DNA from: Bacteroidales bacterium
GTDB lineage: Bacteria; Bacteroidota; Bacteroidia; Bacteroidales; WCHB1-69
Reading direction: 5' to 3'
Length of the DNA: 64,000 bases
Assembly: GCA_017454945.1 (NCBI GenBank)
Contig: JAFTCA010000121.1
Span: 118-64,117 of the forward strand
Below, piece after piece: positions 18,316 to 29,300 of the stretch. The translations under genes were made by a program, and so were the position numbers. Within the stretch, counting starts at the first letter, position 1. The number at the start of each line of letters is the position of its first letter. Below the pieces are notes generated by a model, which worked only from the letters and a program-made list of their open reading frames with translations, was not told the DNA's origin and made no database searches.

Positions 18316-19356
18316 ATGAACAAACATCTCAAAAATATCATCCAACTGCTCATATTTCTCGGCCTGGGCGTCTTTTTCATCTGGTTATCAGTGAAAGACC
18401 TTTCCAAAGAAGACCTCGACATCATCAAGCAAAGTGCCATGCAAGTCAACAATCCTGTCAGCTGGACTTTCCTTGTGCTCTCCATGCTTTCGTTAGCCAC
18501 TTCTCACTTTTTCAGGTCGTTGCGCAGCGTGCTGCTTATTGAGCCGTTGAACTACAAAATCAGAACGAGCATGTCGTTTTATGCGGTGATGGTCTGCTAC
18601 TTGGCCAACCTGGCTCTGCCACGCCTTGGCGAAGTGCTCCGTTGCACCTTCCTGCAACGATACGAGAAAGTACCCTTCCAAAAGTCGTTGGGCACCATCG
18701 TTACCGAGCGCGTCATCGACCTGACGATCTTCCTGATTATCTTCATTCTCGCTATCTTCCTCAACACGGGTGTACTTTCCAACCTGATTATCAACCAAGA
18801 TACGGGCGTATCGTTAGGCGAATGGATGAACACCAAGATCGTCTCCATGGCCAGCAACCACACCCTCTACCTGCTGGCTGGCGGCGTGGTACTGTTCATC
18901 ATCCTGATATACCTCACCCGCAAGCAACTGATGAAAATACCTTTCATGACCAAGGTGAAGAACGTACTGATCGGCATCTGGCAAGGACTTATCTCCATCA
19001 AAGATGTGAAAAAGCCGTTCTTGTTTGTTTTGTACACGCTGCTCATCTGGGTATTCTACTTCTTCGGCACTTATACTTGCTTCTTTGCCTTCGATTTCCT
19101 GAGCCAGCTGGGCTTCATACCCGCCTTCTCATGTCTGGCATTCGGCGCCATCGGCTTTATGATTGCCCAAGGCGGCCTGGGAGCCTATCCGCTCATCATT
19201 GCAGGCACACTGGTACTCTACGGTGTGGATTATAACGCAGGCCTGGCCGCAGGTTGGATTGGCTGGAGCACCCAAACGCTAATGGTCATCATTTTCGGCT
19301 TTATCTCGCTTATCCTGGCCTCCTTTGCAGGACAGAAATCCTCGGAACAAATATGA
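18316..19356 (+). CDS. lysylphosphatidylglycerol-synthase-TM / flippase-like membrane protein (UPF0104)
   Basis: Multi-pass protein with [28 protein letters not shown] and QGGLGAYP. Confidence 0.88.
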   Translation: MNKHLKNIIQLLIFLGLGVFFIWLSVKDLSKEDLDIIKQSAMQVNNPVSWTFLVLSMLSLATSHFFRSLRSVLLIEPLNYKIRTSMSFYAVMVCYLANLALPRLGEVLRCTFLQRYEKVPFQKSLGTIVTERVIDLTIFLIIFILAIFLNTGVLSNLIINQDTGVSLGEWMNTKIVSMASNHTLYLLAGGVVLFIILIYLTRKQLMKIPFMTKVKNVLIGIWQGLISIKDVKKPFLFVLYTLLIWVFYFFGTYTCFFAFDFLSQLGFIPAFSCLAFGAIGFMIAQGGLGAYPLIIAGTLVLYGVDYNAGLAAGWIGWSTQTLMVIIFGFISLILASFAGQKSSEQI

Positions 19357-19847
19357 CATTTTTAGATACCATACAACAAAAAATCATCAGCCGCGAGCAG
19401 TGGACCCAGTTGAAAATCAGCCCCAAAGCTACGATCGTCTTCACTAACGGCTGCTTCGACGTGCTCCATCTGGGCCATGTCACCTATCTGGCCGAAGCCC
19501 GCACAATGGGCGACTTGCTGGTGGTGGGCCTCAACAGCGACGCCTCGGTGCGCCGCCTCAAAGGGCCTTCGCGGCCTATCAACGACGAGAAGGCCCGCTC
19601 CCTGGTACTGGCCTCATTGCAATGTGTTGACTATGTCATCATTTTTGACGAAGACACCCCGCTGGACCTCATCAAAGCCGTCAAGCCCAATGTGCTGGTC
19701 AAAGGCGGCGACTACACCATCGACACCATTGTTGGCGCCTCTTTCGTACAACAGCGCGGCGGCATCGTCAGGACCATCCCACTGGTGGAAGGCTACTCAA
19801 CCACCGACACCGTGCAAAAGTTGAATGACCAGCCCACGGAACAATAA
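19353..19847 (+). CDS. rfaE2: RfaE domain II-like sugar-phosphate nucleotidyltransferase (heptose-1-P adenylyltransferase family)
   Basis: [37 protein letters not shown] and GYSTT. Start at ATG 19353, an ATGA overlap with the upstream stop. Confidence 0.9.
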   Translation: MTFLDTIQQKIISREQWTQLKISPKATIVFTNGCFDVLHLGHVTYLAEARTMGDLLVVGLNSDASVRRLKGPSRPINDEKARSLVLASLQCVDYVIIFDEDTPLDLIKAVKPNVLVKGGDYTIDTIVGASFVQQRGGIVRTIPLVEGYSTTDTVQKLNDQPTEQ

Positions 19848-19862
19848 ACCAGACCTTTAGCC

Positions 19863-21758
19863 ATGAAAAAAAGTTTCCTTTTCCTGCTGCTGGTGTTTGC
19901 CACGATAGGTACACAAGCGGCGTCGCTCACCGATTACCTCACGCCACAGCCGCAACACATCAGTTACATCGAAGGAGAATATATCGTCAACTACCCCTAC
20001 CAGTTCTCCGAGATACAGAACTTCCTCGGCCAGTTGCGGCAGGGCAAATTCGAAGCAGAGGCCACTTTCCACTACTCGGGTGAGAACATCATCACCCTGC
20101 AGTTCATCACCAACGACAAACTACGCGCACAACATTATGTGTTGGCCATCACACCTGGCCAAATCACGCTGACTGGCGGCGATGAGGCAGCCCTCTTCTA
20201 TGCGGCCCAAACGCTGTCGCAAATCTTTGAATATGCTTTGGCAGAGCAAGTTCCCCTACCCTGCCTTATCATTGAGGACTGGCCCGACTTTGAGCGACGC
20301 GGCTACATGCTCGACATCAGTCGCGACAAAGTGCCGACGATGCCCACACTTTTCCGCCTTATCGACCAGCTGGCCAAATGGAAAATCAACGAGTTGCAAC
20401 TCTATACCGAGCACACCTTCGCCTACCACAATCACCGCGACGTATGGAAGGATGCCGACCCACTGACAGCCAAAGAGATACAACTACTCGACCGCTACTG
20501 CCGCGACCGCTTCATCGACCTTGTGCCCAACCAGAACTCCTTTGGTCACATGGAAAACTGGCTCAAGGTGCCGCGCTATCAGAACCTGGCCGAGTGTCCC
20601 GACGACTGTGCCACCAAGTGGGGCAAGCGCAAGCTCACCAGCCTCGACCCCACTAACCCGGGGTCGCTTAAGTTGATGCGCGAACTGTACGAAGAGCTGC
20701 TGCCCATCTTCTCGAGCAACTATGTCAACATTGGCTGCGACGAGACCGTAGAGCTCGGCTTGGGCCGCTCCAAGGCCGCCTGCGACACGCTCGGCACCGG
20801 ACGCGTCTATCTCAACTACCTCAAGCAGTTGAACCACGAAGTGAACCGGCTGGGCAAGCAGGCCCAATTCTGGGGCGACATTATCACCAACCACAACGAA
20901 CTCATCAGCGAGTTGCCGCAAAACATGACAGCCATGGCCTGGGGCTACGACATCGGATTTCCCTTCGACACCATATTGCCCAAGTTCAAAGCCGCCGGCT
21001 TGGACTTCTACGTATGCCCTGGTGCGGCCACCTGGCGCTCGCTTATCGGGCGCAACCACACCGCCTTCACCAACATCAAGGAGGCGGCTATCGCTGGCAA
21101 GGCCAACGGCGCCAAGGGACTGATGCTCACCGACTGGGGCGACTACGGCCATTGGCAACCGATTCCCGTTTCATGGCCAGCCATCGTCATTGGCTCGTCG
21201 TATGCCTGGAAACTGGACACCACCGCCACCGAGCGGGTGGCCTTCCAGCTGAACCGCTACATTTTCAAGGACACCACCCAACTGACAGCCAATGCGTTGC
21301 TGGCCTTGGGCGACGCTTACCTCAAGACCGAGATTCCCGAAGGCGTGGCCAATGCCTTCCATCTGATGCTACACCGCTACAAGTGGACACTCAGCGGCAA
21401 CTACCAGACTCGCGAGCTGACGGTGCCCAAGCTGCAGGCCGCCGAGAATGCCATCGACAGCGCACTGAACCTGCTGCAAGCCGCCCAACCACAATGCCTC
21501 GACGCACAACTTGTCAAAGCCGAACTGACGCTGGCTGCCTCGCTCGCCAAACACGCCGTACACCTCGGCATCGCCCGACTCAACGTGAAGGGCAACGGCA
21601 CCAAGAGCATCCCATGGGCCAAACGGCAGGAGCTGGCCAAGGAGCTGAAGCCACTCATCGACCAACACAAGAAACTGTGGGTGTTCCGCAACCGCAAAGG
21701 CGGACTGGACGACTCGGCCAGCAAATTGGAAGAGGTGTATCAGTATTACATCAAGTAA
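19863..21758 (+). CDS. glycoside hydrolase family 20 (beta-N-acetylhexosaminidase-like)
   Basis: Signal peptide, IEDWPDFERRGYMLDISR, VPNQNSFGH, catalytic NIGCDE, and LMLTDWGDYG. Confidence 0.9.
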   Translation: MKKSFLFLLLVFATIGTQAASLTDYLTPQPQHISYIEGEYIVNYPYQFSEIQNFLGQLRQGKFEAEATFHYSGENIITLQFITNDKLRAQHYVLAITPGQITLTGGDEAALFYAAQTLSQIFEYALAEQVPLPCLIIEDWPDFERRGYMLDISRDKVPTMPTLFRLIDQLAKWKINELQLYTEHTFAYHNHRDVWKDADPLTAKEIQLLDRYCRDRFIDLVPNQNSFGHMENWLKVPRYQNLAECPDDCATKWGKRKLTSLDPTNPGSLKLMRELYEELLPIFSSNYVNIGCDETVELGLGRSKAACDTLGTGRVYLNYLKQLNHEVNRLGKQAQFWGDIITNHNELISELPQNMTAMAWGYDIGFPFDTILPKFKAAGLDFYVCPGAATWRSLIGRNHTAFTNIKEAAIAGKANGAKGLMLTDWGDYGHWQPIPVSWPAIVIGSSYAWKLDTTATERVAFQLNRYIFKDTTQLTANALLALGDAYLKTEIPEGVANAFHLMLHRYKWTLSGNYQTRELTVPKLQAAENAIDSALNLLQAAQPQCLDAQLVKAELTLAASLAKHAVHLGIARLNVKGNGTKSIPWAKRQELAKELKPLIDQHKKLWVFRNRKGGLDDSASKLEEVYQYYIK

Positions 21759-21788
21759 AACTGAAAACTGAAATTTGAAAACTGAAAA
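21757..21788. repeat. 7-nt-period tandem repeat starting at the GH20 stop codon
   Basis: aaaactg-aaaactg-aaatttg-aaaactg-aaaa. Confidence 0.7.
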
Positions 21789-21890
21789 AGGCACATAGCC
21801 GCCATTGCAAAAATTTTTATTTTTGCGCAGCAAAAATATGCCTGATTTTTTCAACAAAACATCAACATTTTATCTAATTATCAACCCTTT

Positions 21891-22850
21891 ATGAAAAAGA
21901 CCTTCGGATTATTTGTCCTCATACTTTTTGTTTTTTCTTTCGGTTACGGCCAAACTGTTTCCTTCATGCCGGCGTGGCAAGTGGGCGAAACGCACACTTA
22001 CTCTTTTACGCAAGTAAAGACAAAATACAAATTGGCTGATGGCGAGCAAACCATAACTTCGAACGACACTTCCAGCTATAACGCCCATTTTGAGGTTATA
22101 GAAGAGGGCATCGATTATTACAAAATCAAGATGACTGAAGAGGTAGGAGACATCTTGAATATCACTGACTCGCTAAAGGATATTCTATATCTGCCCGAAG
22201 GTTTTAAAGATGTGGATGTCATCTACACCACCAACCGAAACGGCGAACTGCAAGAAATTGACAACTGGGAAGAGATTGCTGAAAACATGCGCCTCCTGTG
22301 CGACTCGCTGCTGTCGCCCATGTATGAGGAATACCCATTCATGGAAACCATAATGAAACAAATGAAAATACTCTACTCTTCGCAAGAGAGCATCCAGAAT
22401 ATAATGTTTAAAGACCTGTTCCTTCTCCATTTTCTTTTCGGCGCTGAGATGGAAGTGGGCTATACATATCCTTACGAAGAGACCCTTCCCAACGCTTTTG
22501 CCGCCGATCAACCATTGCGAGCTACGAGCCTCCTCGGCATCGACACACTGATGACCGACCAAAGCATCTGCCGCGTGAAACGCTATTCCTACGTCAATGA
22601 AAAAGACTGCAAAAAACTGGTGCAGAATATTATAAAAACTATGGCCAAAACAATGGCAGGGTTCGGTGGCAAAAAGATTGCCAAAGAGGCCAAAGGCATG
22701 AAGATGGTCATCACCGACGACTACACTTTCGACTACAGCACATTAGAGCACATGCCCGTCCACATCAACGCACAACGTTCCACTCGGACCATCCTCAAAC
22801 AACAAGATGCCATGCAAGTGGAAGAACGAATTATCAAGTTGTTAGAATAG
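21891..22850 (+). CDS. hypothetical exported protein
   Basis: 319 aa with an N-terminal signal peptide. No family recognised. Confidence 0.75.
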   Translation: MKKTFGLFVLILFVFSFGYGQTVSFMPAWQVGETHTYSFTQVKTKYKLADGEQTITSNDTSSYNAHFEVIEEGIDYYKIKMTEEVGDILNITDSLKDILYLPEGFKDVDVIYTTNRNGELQEIDNWEEIAENMRLLCDSLLSPMYEEYPFMETIMKQMKILYSSQESIQNIMFKDLFLLHFLFGAEMEVGYTYPYEETLPNAFAADQPLRATSLLGIDTLMTDQSICRVKRYSYVNEKDCKKLVQNIIKTMAKTMAGFGGKKIAKEAKGMKMVITDDYTFDYSTLEHMPVHINAQRSTRTILKQQDAMQVEERIIKLLE

Positions 22851-23444
22851 CAGATAGTAGGCAGCTAGACCCATCTCCACCACAAATCCCATTAGAAAAC
22901 CGATATAGACATCGCGCGGTTTACGCTCGGTGACCTGCAACTGCGCCGTGCCCGTCAGGCCGGCAGCCAGAATGATGGCAACCAGAATCGCCACCGAATA
23001 GTGCAGCACAAAAAAGGTCATCGTGATATAATAGCCGAACATGGCCCCGAACGTGTAAGTATAAATATCCAAATTATAAAAGAGGCTTACCAAATAGATA
23101 ATCAGCATACTGACCATCAGCATCAGGAAGAAGAACATAAAAAAGCGGTCCACCGCCCGATGTACCCATAGCAACGTATTCAAAACATAGAACACATTCA
23201 TTATCAATAGCATCGCATTCTTATCCTGCTTATCAGGGAAAAGAACGCTTTTCACCACACCCAATTTCGAAAAGAGAAACGTCACAATCATAGGCAGCAC
23301 CACCAGCGACAAGGCAAAGAACAGCATCAGCGCACCCATCGATGTCTTGACGGCAGCACTAATCTGCGTGGAAAAGATGAGCAGATAATAGATGGGAAAG
23401 ATAATCGGATGGAACAGTATCAGAACAAAACGGAAAAACTTCAT
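22842..23444 (-). CDS. hypothetical integral membrane protein (distantly PAP2-like C-terminus)
   Basis: 200 aa with about six TM segments; FHPIIFP at the N-terminus and VYIGFLMG at the C-terminus. Confidence 0.7.
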   Translation of the reverse strand: MKFFRFVLILFHPIIFPIYYLLIFSTQISAAVKTSMGALMLFFALSLVVLPMIVTFLFSKLGVVKSVLFPDKQDKNAMLLIMNVFYVLNTLLWVHRAVDRFFMFFFLMLMVSMLIIYLVSLFYNLDIYTYTFGAMFGYYITMTFFVLHYSVAILVAIILAAGLTGTAQLQVTERKPRDVYIGFLMGFVVEMGLAAYYLLF

Positions 23445-23452
23445 AACCGGCT

Positions 23453-25459
23453 CTATTTTATCAACGTGACAGTACCTGACTTTTCATAATACTGACCCTC
23501 GTACAAATACTTGATTTTATAGATGTACACCCCAATGGGCATCTCCTGACCTTTGCAGGTGCCGTCCCATCCTTCGTTGGGGTCGGCGGTGTTGAAGACC
23601 ATCTGCCCGTTGCGACCAAAAATCAACATATAGTAATCTTCGGTGGGCATGAAAGTGGAAACAGGCTTGAAGATATTGTTGATGCCTGCCGGGTTGAAAG
23701 CATTGGGCACATAGATGGTGGGCGATTGCACCAGTTGGATGCTGTTGGAACGACTCTGGTCGGCAAAGCCATACTCATTATTATTCTCTTGTGCCACAAT
23801 ACAATAGGTAAATATAGAACCCTCATTGGTAAGTTCTGACACATCGTCGGTGCAGCTGCGCAAGGGCGTAACCATCACATCCGACTCAAACATGGCGGTT
23901 TCCGTGCGCCGTTTGACCGTGTAAGACGAGACGCCGCCGTTCCAGCCGTCGTATGTCATCCAGTTCATACTGTTTTGGTGTGAGGGGTTGGTGCTGCCGC
24001 GCAGGATAATGTTGTGCGACACATTCGACTCGGCCGTCTCCATATCGCATTCGTTCTCGATGGTGGCCTTGTAGTAATAGAGCCGCTGGTTGCAATCCAC
24101 ATCAACATCGGTAAACGTGTAAGTATCTGTGCCGTTATACGATAATGTTTGATACTTGGAAAAATGCGCATCATCATCCACACTGCGGTAGAGATGCACC
24201 TTGGTGAAAGTGACCGTCGGGCCGGTGTAAGCTGTCACCACGATGGCATCAGAAGTCTCGTTCACCGACACGGAACGCACATAGACAAAGTCCATATTGT
24301 CGGCCGACGAGAAGACAAAGTCGGCTTTGACCGAAGATGCGGTGATTTGGCCGTCGCTATTGACCGCCCTAACCAGAAAGACATAGGCGCTGTTGGCAAT
24401 CAAGCCCGCGTAGGTGTAGCTTTGCGAGGTGGACTCACCCACCATCTGCATCGGGCCGCCATCGCGACTGCAATAAATCTGATACTTAGCCAAATCGCGG
24501 GGCATATTCTCGTAGTCGGTCCACGAGAGGTAGGCCTCGCGGCGACACAGGTCGTAGGTGGCGGTCAGCTGCATGGTTTTCTGGAGCACCGTCATCGGGC
24601 TGGAGTTGAGGCAGCTGTCGAGCGTGGCGATACGGTAGCTGAACACTGCACTTTGCGGGTCGTGCTCTGTGTCGGTCCACTGCGTGGTCGTGCGGCCATA
24701 GACGGTATCTATCGGAATCCAGACGCCATTTTCCTGCAGGTAGATGATGTAGGCGAACACGTCGGGCGACGGGGAGACCTCCCATCCGAGTTTGATCTGC
24801 TGCGATGACTCATCCACAGTAACGCTGTCCAGGTCGGGGATGGCGGGGGCGGTCATGTCGGTGAAGCGCTCGCTCTGTGGCCGCGACACGTTGCGGCAGC
24901 CCGAAGCGTCGGCTAGTTCCACGCGGTAGGCGATGACAGCGTCGCACACATCGATAGTGTCACGATACACCAAGCCCTGCACCTCAGCCAGCGACGACCA
25001 CGTGCCGGCGGGATAATCCTTCCAGATGTCGAAGTGGTCGCTGTGCGAGGGCACGGGCTCCACTGTCGGCGCCGACCAGTTGAGCACGGCCAAGCCTGTA
25101 CCCGAATTGCTCAGATAAAACTCTATGGTTGAGATGATTTGCGAATCGAAATGACCGTTACTGCTCACCGCACTGACATAATAGTAGCAATGTGGCTCGA
25201 CCACGGCATTGGCGCCAGCATGAAGATACTGCACTGTAGAAGAGGAAGTAATCGTAGTCACTTTTGTGAACGGTCCCGTTTCTTCTTTAGCGTAGAAAAT
25301 CTCGTAATGAACGAAGCCCGACAGGTCGGTCGGCGCCACCCACGACACCAGCACATCGCCATTGTCCTTCACCTCCAAGCAGCGGATTTCCGGACGGCTC
25401 AGCGCCTGAGCTGCCAGCAGGAGGTTTAAGAAACAGACAATTACAATCAGCTTTTTCAT
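23453..25459 (-). CDS. secreted FN3/Ig-like repeat protein with gliding-motility-associated (T9SS type B) C-terminal domain
   Basis: Signal peptide, beta-sandwich repeats, and C-terminal IYVPNAFNP...IFGRNGQMVF...GWDG...GVYIY...GTVTLIK. Confidence 0.88.
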   Translation of the reverse strand: MKKLIVIVCFLNLLLAAQALSRPEIRCLEVKDNGDVLVSWVAPTDLSGFVHYEIFYAKEETGPFTKVTTITSSSTVQYLHAGANAVVEPHCYYYVSAVSSNGHFDSQIISTIEFYLSNSGTGLAVLNWSAPTVEPVPSHSDHFDIWKDYPAGTWSSLAEVQGLVYRDTIDVCDAVIAYRVELADASGCRNVSRPQSERFTDMTAPAIPDLDSVTVDESSQQIKLGWEVSPSPDVFAYIIYLQENGVWIPIDTVYGRTTTQWTDTEHDPQSAVFSYRIATLDSCLNSSPMTVLQKTMQLTATYDLCRREAYLSWTDYENMPRDLAKYQIYCSRDGGPMQMVGESTSQSYTYAGLIANSAYVFLVRAVNSDGQITASSVKADFVFSSADNMDFVYVRSVSVNETSDAIVVTAYTGPTVTFTKVHLYRSVDDDAHFSKYQTLSYNGTDTYTFTDVDVDCNQRLYYYKATIENECDMETAESNVSHNIILRGSTNPSHQNSMNWMTYDGWNGGVSSYTVKRRTETAMFESDVMVTPLRSCTDDVSELTNEGSIFTYCIVAQENNNEYGFADQSRSNSIQLVQSPTIYVPNAFNPAGINNIFKPVSTFMPTEDYYMLIFGRNGQMVFNTADPNEGWDGTCKGQEMPIGVYIYKIKYLYEGQYYEKSGTVTLIK

Positions 25460-25825
25460 TCTCGAACTAAACGCTAAAACCCGACAAATAGTATATCCCT
25501 ATTACGACAGATTACGGCAAAAATAAGCAATTTGTCCCGCTCACATCCGTTTCAAAACAAAAAGAATTCACAAGCGAATGCGGAAAACCCATCACCCAAA
25601 ATCATCAACTATTATCTGCTCCAATCAGCGCATTTTGCAGACACAATCGACTTAACACATTTTCACACAAAAGATTACACTTTACAAAAAGTGACTTAAA
25701 GATTTTTAACACAAAAAAATCAAAAAAGTATTTGCATATCGAAAAAAATTGTATTTTTGCAGCCCAAAATTAAAGGCAGAATTTATCTGTTTAAAAGTGA
25801 ATAAATAACTTAAAAAGACACCATA

Positions 25826-26086
25826 ATGAAAAAAGGCATCCACCCCAAAGAGTACAGAACAGTGGTTTTTAAAGATATGTCGAACGATTACGCTTTCCTG
25901 ACCAAATCAACCGTCAGCACGAAAGACACCATCGTTTGGGAAGACGGCAAAGAATATCCTTTGGTTAAGCTGGAAATCTCCAACACCTCTCACCCCTTCT
26001 TCACCGGTAAGATGAAGCTGGTTGACACCGCAGGTCGTGTTGATAAATTCCGCAACAAATACGCAAGACATCTCGAAAAGAAATAA
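25826..26086 (+). CDS. rpmE2: 50S ribosomal protein L31 type B
   Basis: [17 protein letters not shown]...[20 protein letters not shown]...AGRVDKF. No Zn-binding cysteines. Confidence 0.97.
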   Translation: MKKGIHPKEYRTVVFKDMSNDYAFLTKSTVSTKDTIVWEDGKEYPLVKLEISNTSHPFFTGKMKLVDTAGRVDKFRNKYARHLEKK

Positions 26087-26151
26087 TAAAGCGCTTTATT
26101 GTTTCTTTCATCTATATAGATCGCACATTTTTTGTGCGCAAACCTTAACAG

Positions 26152-26181
26152 AAACCGGGTATCAAAAGTATCCGGTTTTTT
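26152..26181 (+). terminator. intrinsic terminator after rpmE2
   Basis: aaaccgggtat-caaaa-gtatccggttt stem running into a T tract. Confidence 0.6.
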
Positions 26182-26250
26182 GTTGTTTCCTATGCAAAAG
26201 TTCATTATCTTTGCTTGTTGATTCTTTAGAACATTAAAGCTCATTAAATC

Positions 26251-27078
26251 ATGCATTTACACAAACACCGCCTCCTTGTGTTCCTCCTCGGCCTCATCAT
26301 CGGCTGTGGGCCCTTGCTTGCCCAGCCGACATACACGATGCACTACAGTGTGGTGACACTCGACTCGACCTACGCGCATCACCCCGACGCCGACATGCAG
26401 GCCTACATCAACCAGCACAAAGCCAAACTCGACAGCGCCATGGGTCAGCAAATTGGCTTCTGCCTAAACCCTCTGAGCAGCTACGCCCCGCAAAGTCCGC
26501 TGTCGAACCTGCTCACCGACATGCTCTACGACATCGGCAGCCACATCTGTATGGAACAAACAGGGCGGCCCGCTGACATGTCGCTACTCAACTTTGGCGG
26601 CATCCGCACCAGCATGCCTGCTGGCAAAATCACCGTCGGCACCATCTTCAATATCCTTCCCTTCGACAATAGCATCGTCATTATTGTACTCAAGGGCAGC
26701 GAGTTACGAAAAATGTTCGAGAGCAAAACCCTCACCAGCTGCCAGCCCTACTCGCACGCGCAAGTCTATTACGAGGACAACCAACCTCGGATGATCAAAG
26801 TCAACCATCGTAAACTCAAAGACAACAAGACATACCGACTGGTCACTATCGACTTTATCCAAACAGGCGGCGACAAGATTCTGGAAGGAGTTCAATACGA
26901 AGAAGTTATCCCCACCAACTACCTGCTGCGAGACGCCGTGATGGACTATATTCGCGATAATGGACGAGGAGCAATGTGTATCTACCAAGCCGGCATTGAC
27001 TGCAAAACCGACAAGCGTGTAATGGTCAAAGCCAAGGAGGGATATGTGCCTGAACCTCTTATGATTACCATACACTAA
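26251..27078 (+). CDS. 5'-nucleotidase C-terminal domain protein
   Basis: SPLSNLLTD, NFGGIRTS, FNILPFDN, YRLVTIDF and LLRDAV. Confidence 0.9.
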   Translation: MHLHKHRLLVFLLGLIIGCGPLLAQPTYTMHYSVVTLDSTYAHHPDADMQAYINQHKAKLDSAMGQQIGFCLNPLSSYAPQSPLSNLLTDMLYDIGSHICMEQTGRPADMSLLNFGGIRTSMPAGKITVGTIFNILPFDNSIVIIVLKGSELRKMFESKTLTSCQPYSHAQVYYEDNQPRMIKVNHRKLKDNKTYRLVTIDFIQTGGDKILEGVQYEEVIPTNYLLRDAVMDYIRDNGRGAMCIYQAGIDCKTDKRVMVKAKEGYVPEPLMITIH

Positions 27079-27090
27079 AACGACTGCTTT

Positions 27091-27915
27091 ATGAAAAGGA
27101 TTTTACTATATATACTGCTGATAATTAGCGTTTTGCCATTTTACGGACAGAGCACGCTGACCATCCTGCACACCAACGACACCCACAGTCGCATTGAGCC
27201 TTTTGACGACCACGGCACCCTGATTGGCGGTTCACTGCGACGGCTGGAGTACATCCGACAAGTGCGCGCCGAGCAACCGAACGTACTATTGTTCGACGCC
27301 GGCGACTACTGGCAGGGAACGCCCTACTTCAACCTCTTTGGCGGCAGGGTGGAGATTGAGATGATGAACCGCATGGGCTACGACGCCGCCACATTGGGCA
27401 ACCACGAGTTCGACAATGGTCTTAACGCACTAGCCGAACGCTTGGCTGAAGCGAAGTTTCCCATCGTCTGCTGCAATTACGAATTTCACCATCCAGGCCT
27501 CGACACGCTGGTCAAGCCGTACCTCATCTTTGAAAAAGCAGGACAAAAAATCGGCCTTTTCGGACTGGTGACCAACTTGGAAGGGCTCCTCTCCGACCCG
27601 ACCATCTTGGACACTATCCACTATCGTGACGCTGTTGAATGCGCACGCCAAGCGGTTGACTACCTGCGCAATACGGAGCACTGCAATTTGGTCATCTGTC
27701 TCTCACACCTCGGCTACAGTCCCGAAAAACACAGCGACCCCATGTGCGACAAGATCGTGGCCGAAAAGGTGAACGGCATCGACCTCATCATTGGCGGCCA
27801 CTCGCACACGATGCTTAAAGAACCTATCGTCATCAACAACACACAAATTGTGCAAGTTGGCTACAAAGGCGGAAGAATTGGGAGGATAGACGTGGAGATG
27901 AGAGATGAGAGATGA
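27091..27915 (+). CDS. 5'-nucleotidase N-terminal metallophosphoesterase domain protein
   Basis: ILHTNDTHS, DAGD, LGNHEFD, CLSHLG and IIGGHSH. Confidence 0.93.
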   Translation: MKRILLYILLIISVLPFYGQSTLTILHTNDTHSRIEPFDDHGTLIGGSLRRLEYIRQVRAEQPNVLLFDAGDYWQGTPYFNLFGGRVEIEMMNRMGYDAATLGNHEFDNGLNALAERLAEAKFPIVCCNYEFHHPGLDTLVKPYLIFEKAGQKIGLFGLVTNLEGLLSDPTILDTIHYRDAVECARQAVDYLRNTEHCNLVICLSHLGYSPEKHSDPMCDKIVAEKVNGIDLIIGGHSHTMLKEPIVINNTQIVQVGYKGGRIGRIDVEMRDER

Positions 27916-27964
27916 GAGATGAGAGATGAGAGATGAGAGATGAGAGGGGAGAACGGAGAGCGGA
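27895..27964 (+). repeat. heptamer tandem repeat (GAGATGA)x7 plus three degenerate units
   Basis: Seven perfect copies at 27895-27943, then gagggga-gaacgga-gagcgga. The repeat supplies the last codons and the TGA stop of the upstream gene. Confidence 0.9.
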
Positions 27965-27977
27965 ACCTATTTGTTCT

Positions 27978-28008
27978 TTTGAATTTTGAATTCTGGATTC
28001 TGAATTTC
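27978..28008. repeat. heptamer repeat (TTTGAAT family)
   Basis: tttgaat-tttgaat-tctggat-tctgaat-ttc. Confidence 0.7.
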
Positions 28009-28068
28009 ACAATTATTTGACGTATCTTTGCATACTTAAAAACCAACCTTTTTGCCGACCATTTTTGC

Positions 28069-29289
28069 ATGAAAAATCTTCTGACTTTCCTATTGTTGCT
28101 TACTTTGACCTGTACGGCCTTCGGCCAGAAGAAGCTCACAACCATCACTTTATCTTCCGATAAACCGCTGGCCGAGTGTAATGCAGAAGAGTTGGACAAT
28201 TTGTTCAACGAAGCCAACAAAACCTTCAAAGAGGAAGAGTTACAGCAGCATATTACCCAACTATGCAAAAGACTTAACGGCAGTGTTCTCGTGGCTCAGG
28301 GTGACCACATCATCACCAAGCAGGCAGCGGGCTATCTGCGCATGTACGGCAACAGCAAAGGCTACGAAGGGTGGACCAAAGCCCAGATGGAAGCGGCCAA
28401 GAAGAAACCCGCCAACAAAATCACCACGGGCACCTTCTTCGAACTGGCTTCCGTGTCGAAGCAATTTACAGCCGCCGCCGTGCTCAAGTTGGTGGAACAA
28501 GGGAAGTTGCACCTCACCGATACCCTGCGCAAGTTCTTCCCTAAACTGCCCTACCAGAAAATCACCATCCATCAGATGCTGTCGCACACGTCGGGATTGC
28601 CCGAATACTTCAACTTCCCCTTCGACTATTTTGACACCACCGTTACGTTGACCAATACCGACATGATTGACGTGCTGATTAAGCAGAAGCCTGCCACCAT
28701 CTTCAGGCCAGGCGCCAATTGGAAATATACCAACACCAACTACGCCTTGCTGGCCTCCATCGTGGCCAAAGTGTCGGGCATGAAATTCGAAAAGTTTGTT
28801 GAAGAGAACATCCTGCGCCCTGCAGGCATGACGAACAGCTTCTATTACACTCAATTAGAGAACAACAAAGAGAAGAGCATTGCCAAAGGCCATTTGCGCA
28901 ATATGGAGGAGTTGCCCTACTTCTTTATGGACGGCACCTTGGGCGACAAAGGTCTCTATTCTACTGTGGAAGAATTATTTGCATGGAAAAAAGCCTACTT
29001 CATCGACAAGAAAATTATCGGCGAACAATGGCTCAATAAGGCCAAAAGCCAACAGAACAAACTGCCTGGCAAAGCCAAACCTGAGGAGTTGTACGGCTAT
29101 GGCCTGCGGCTGGAGGACAATCCGCATTTTGGCCGGCTCATCTACCACGGCGGACTATGGCGCGGCTTTCTGCATATCATCGTTTATCGTGAAGAAGGCG
29201 ACATCTTCTTCGTGATTCTTAGCAACTGCCGCAATGGGGCACACAAAGGCGAAAGCAACAAAATTCTTCATATCTTCGACGGCGCATAA
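28069..29289 (+). CDS. serine hydrolase, beta-lactamase/class C PBP-like family
   Basis: Signal peptide, SxxK (ASVSKQF), LSHTSGL, YxN (KYTNTNY) and HGGLW. Confidence 0.88.
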   Translation: MKNLLTFLLLLTLTCTAFGQKKLTTITLSSDKPLAECNAEELDNLFNEANKTFKEEELQQHITQLCKRLNGSVLVAQGDHIITKQAAGYLRMYGNSKGYEGWTKAQMEAAKKKPANKITTGTFFELASVSKQFTAAAVLKLVEQGKLHLTDTLRKFFPKLPYQKITIHQMLSHTSGLPEYFNFPFDYFDTTVTLTNTDMIDVLIKQKPATIFRPGANWKYTNTNYALLASIVAKVSGMKFEKFVEENILRPAGMTNSFYYTQLENNKEKSIAKGHLRNMEELPYFFMDGTLGDKGLYSTVEELFAWKKAYFIDKKIIGEQWLNKAKSQQNKLPGKAKPEELYGYGLRLEDNPHFGRLIYHGGLWRGFLHIIVYREEGDIFFVILSNCRNGAHKGESNKILHIFDGA

Positions 29290-29300
29290 AATTTAATAAA

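Noticed and set aside
26251-27915. 5'-nucleotidase in two pieces considered as a frameshifted pseudogene
   Set aside because: The C-terminal-domain gene comes first, and each gene has its own start and signal-like N-terminus. The split form is the usual Bacteroidota arrangement.
27895-27964. Tandem repeat considered as a CRISPR array
   Set aside because: 7-nt units with no spacers and no cas genes. No repeat-spacer structure was seen anywhere in the window.
27861-28268. ORF with SHLSSLI repeats
   Set aside because: It is the antisense translation of the GAGATGA heptamer array plus the reverse of a neighbouring signal peptide, not a real repeat protein.
28069-29289. Antibiotic-resistance beta-lactamase
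   Set aside because: SxxK and YxN are shared by many esterases and peptidases of this fold. The context is housekeeping and nothing points to a true class C beta-lactamase.
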